Program-made: the position numbers and the translations under genes | The notes under the pieces: model-generated | Told to the model about the DNA's origin: nothing | Database searches by the model: none | The model's input: the letters and a program-made list of their open reading frames with translations, nothing else | Source: Octopus vulgaris | Lineage: Eukaryota | Length of the DNA: 64,000 nt | Assembly: GCA_951406725.2 (NCBI GenBank) | Contig: OX597832.1 | Location: 50,406,001 to 50,470,000, forward strand | Direction of reading: 5' to 3' | In this document: positions 61,643 to 64,000 of the stretch, piece after piece | How positions within the stretch are numbered: position 1 is the first letter of the stretch | How the letters are laid out: every line of letters starts with the position of its first letter

Positions 61643-64000
61643 ATCTAAATGACAGTAATAAACAAAAAAGACTTAGTTCACTTTACTACACAGTGGAGTG
61701 ATGGAAACTTGACAGAGCAGCCAATGATAATTTGGATAATTTGATTTTATAAACTCTTAACAGTGGTTTCAGAGATGACACCTAATATAAAAAAAATTAA
61801 ATTTTTGATAAAAAAATTTTTGTAGAAAGTATTGGATTTAAAATCAATATTTCAGCATAATGATGAACATTTCAGAATGGTACAAGCTTGTTTTTGTCTT
61901 GCTTTTTTTTTTGTTTTTGTTTTTGTTTTCCAAATAAAATTTTTCAGAACTGAAAATAAAACAGTTATTTTTCATAAAATAATGACAACAACAAAATACA
62001 AATAACTTTCTTGAGAACAAGATTATTTCATAAGAAATTTGATTTTCATGATAGTGGGTATGCAATATATTTGGAGAGAGAATTGAACCTGGTTTTATTC
62101 AGTTAGAAATTAATATATAAAAAAAAAAATTATAGTCTACAGAGAAGGGACAGGATACTGTTACTTTTTTTTATTTTTTTAAACCTTTTTAAAATTGGCA
62201 TAATTTAAATGAAAAGGGTTATTCTGCCCAGAACAAAGGCCAGTAAAAATCCTGAGCAGAAACCAAAGCAGTTCTAAGTTCTAATAGCTAATCTAACAAA
62301 TAAGGAGATTTTTTTTTTCTAAATTTAAATAGCTAAAATATTAAAAGCTCACAAACTATACCCAGTAGCTATATCCTGAATGGAAGGAATTCTAAAATTG
62401 ACTGACAAATTTACACAGATCACTTTTGATCTATGGAAAAAAAAAAAAAAAAAAAATTAAAAAAGAAAAGGCTTTTAGACAAATCAGAAAACTCAAAACC
62501 CTGATATAGTGAAAAAAAAAAGACGAACCAGTTTTAAGACACTATGAATAGGTAGCTTTATCATGGAAGGCAGCAACTAGTTTCAAAATTTAATTCTGAG
62601 CTCACTTTGAAGTAAAGGATTCAACACCAATATGCCGTTTATAAAGCCAGTCGTTATTTTCTTTCTACATTCATATTTACTGCAAATGTTTAAACAAATG
62701 AAAATTTCCTGTTTAACAAAATATACCTGCAACCAGTATAATTTAGAGTAGAAAAAAAAAAAAACAGAAGAAAACTCACTGAATTGTCGAGCTGGATATT
62801 AAAATTGCTGATAAAATACTTGAGAATAAATCAAAAGATAGCTTATAATTAATTAAATAGCATCTGCTGCCATGGTTTCTATACTGCAATGTATGTAAAA
62901 TTAGAGGGGAAAATAGTTTCAGCAGTAACATTAAATGGCTAACATGTCAATGACAATTACACTTCTCAGCTAACTAAATCACAAAATTTTAGCCAAGTAA
63001 CAAGCTTCATTCCATTTTAAATATGTTATTAAATGTATTGGATACAGACTCCTTTTGTAATTATTAAGCTATATTCCATAGAGAGAGGAAAATATATATG
63101 TATGCATATATAATATGTATATCAGGAGATATGTATATAGTTGAAAAACAGTTGTGTTTGTTTTTTTTCTTTATAGACTTTTCCCAACCATCCTTAAAAT
63201 ATAGAAGACTTTTTTTAAAAAAAAAAGTTTCTTCTAAATTGACTACAATATCATCTTAGTTGGTTTAGAAAGTTAAGATGAAGTTTTAAGACCTAAAACC
63301 TCCAATGCTAAAGTATTAAAAATGTACTTTCAATTTAGTTGTATGTTAGTAAATCAAACAAACCAGCTAAGATTGAAATTTCAGTCAGTCTTTTTCAGCA
63401 AAGTATTGTTATTTTATTTAATAAATTTCATTCATAATTTGTGTTATTATTTTCCAAATATACTTTTCACTGCATTTATTTCAGATTCTTTAACCAAATT
63501 CTCTGGCATCATCTTCAGTAATGTCACCATAACGCCATAAGTTTTGCTGCAAAGAGAAAGAATGCATTTTTGTATTGTAGACTCCACTGTTTGTGTTTAT
63601 GTGAATAATGTGTATATGAGAAAGCCATGTATAAGTATTGTCAGTATAAGCACACTGCCTTTACATACAACCACAAGACATCTATTCAAGTAAGAAAGCA
63701 AAGAAAATAGCAGTTATAAAACCACAGATATTCAAGTGTTTTTGCAATGTGTGTACATGTAGTTTTGTAGTTTGTTTTAGTAAGAAAGATTGTTTAGAAT
63801 GTAAACAGAGACACACTTTCATCACACTCAAGTATACAGGCAAACATTTAAAATAAAATAATAGATTTTGTACCATTCTTAGTACAAGCAAAACATGGTC
63901 CTATGACTGGTTTAGGTGGGCAATAACTCTGAAGAACTAGTTTTGACTAAGAACAAAGGCAATGTTGACTGGAAGGTGTTAATGAGTTGTTTTGACCCAA

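Overview
AT-rich eukaryotic genomic DNA dense in tRNA-derived SINEs, RTE-LINE 3' tails, MITEs and microsatellites. The repeat families resemble those of Octopus (coleoid cephalopod); this is inferred from remembered repeats, not proven. Two protein-coding genes can be reconstructed by hand, head-to-head with ATGs about 3.2 kb apart. (1) Mitochondrial elongation factor G1 (GFM1) on the minus strand: 19 GT-AG coding exons from 47033 to 12494, 2217 nt / 738 aa, with all exon phases consistent. (2) A Dlish/Vamana-like SH3 adaptor on the plus strand: exon 50249-50297 (MAFLCP-polybasic N-terminus, missed by the ORF track) joined to exon 52707-53302 (two SH3 domains). Almost all other ORFs in the track are spurious readings of repeats. 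The most unusual signals are several minimal hammerhead-ribozyme-like motifs of Penelope type, including a repeated element combining a tRNA-like Pol III head with a hammerhead and inverted 5' junctions. Also notable are long intronic inverted repeats (possible A-to-I editing substrates), a clean non-autonomous Helitron just 3' of GFM1, and GG-ended MITEs with 8-bp TSDs around the GFM1 first exon. Repeat boundaries are approximate unless TSDs or TIRs are stated.
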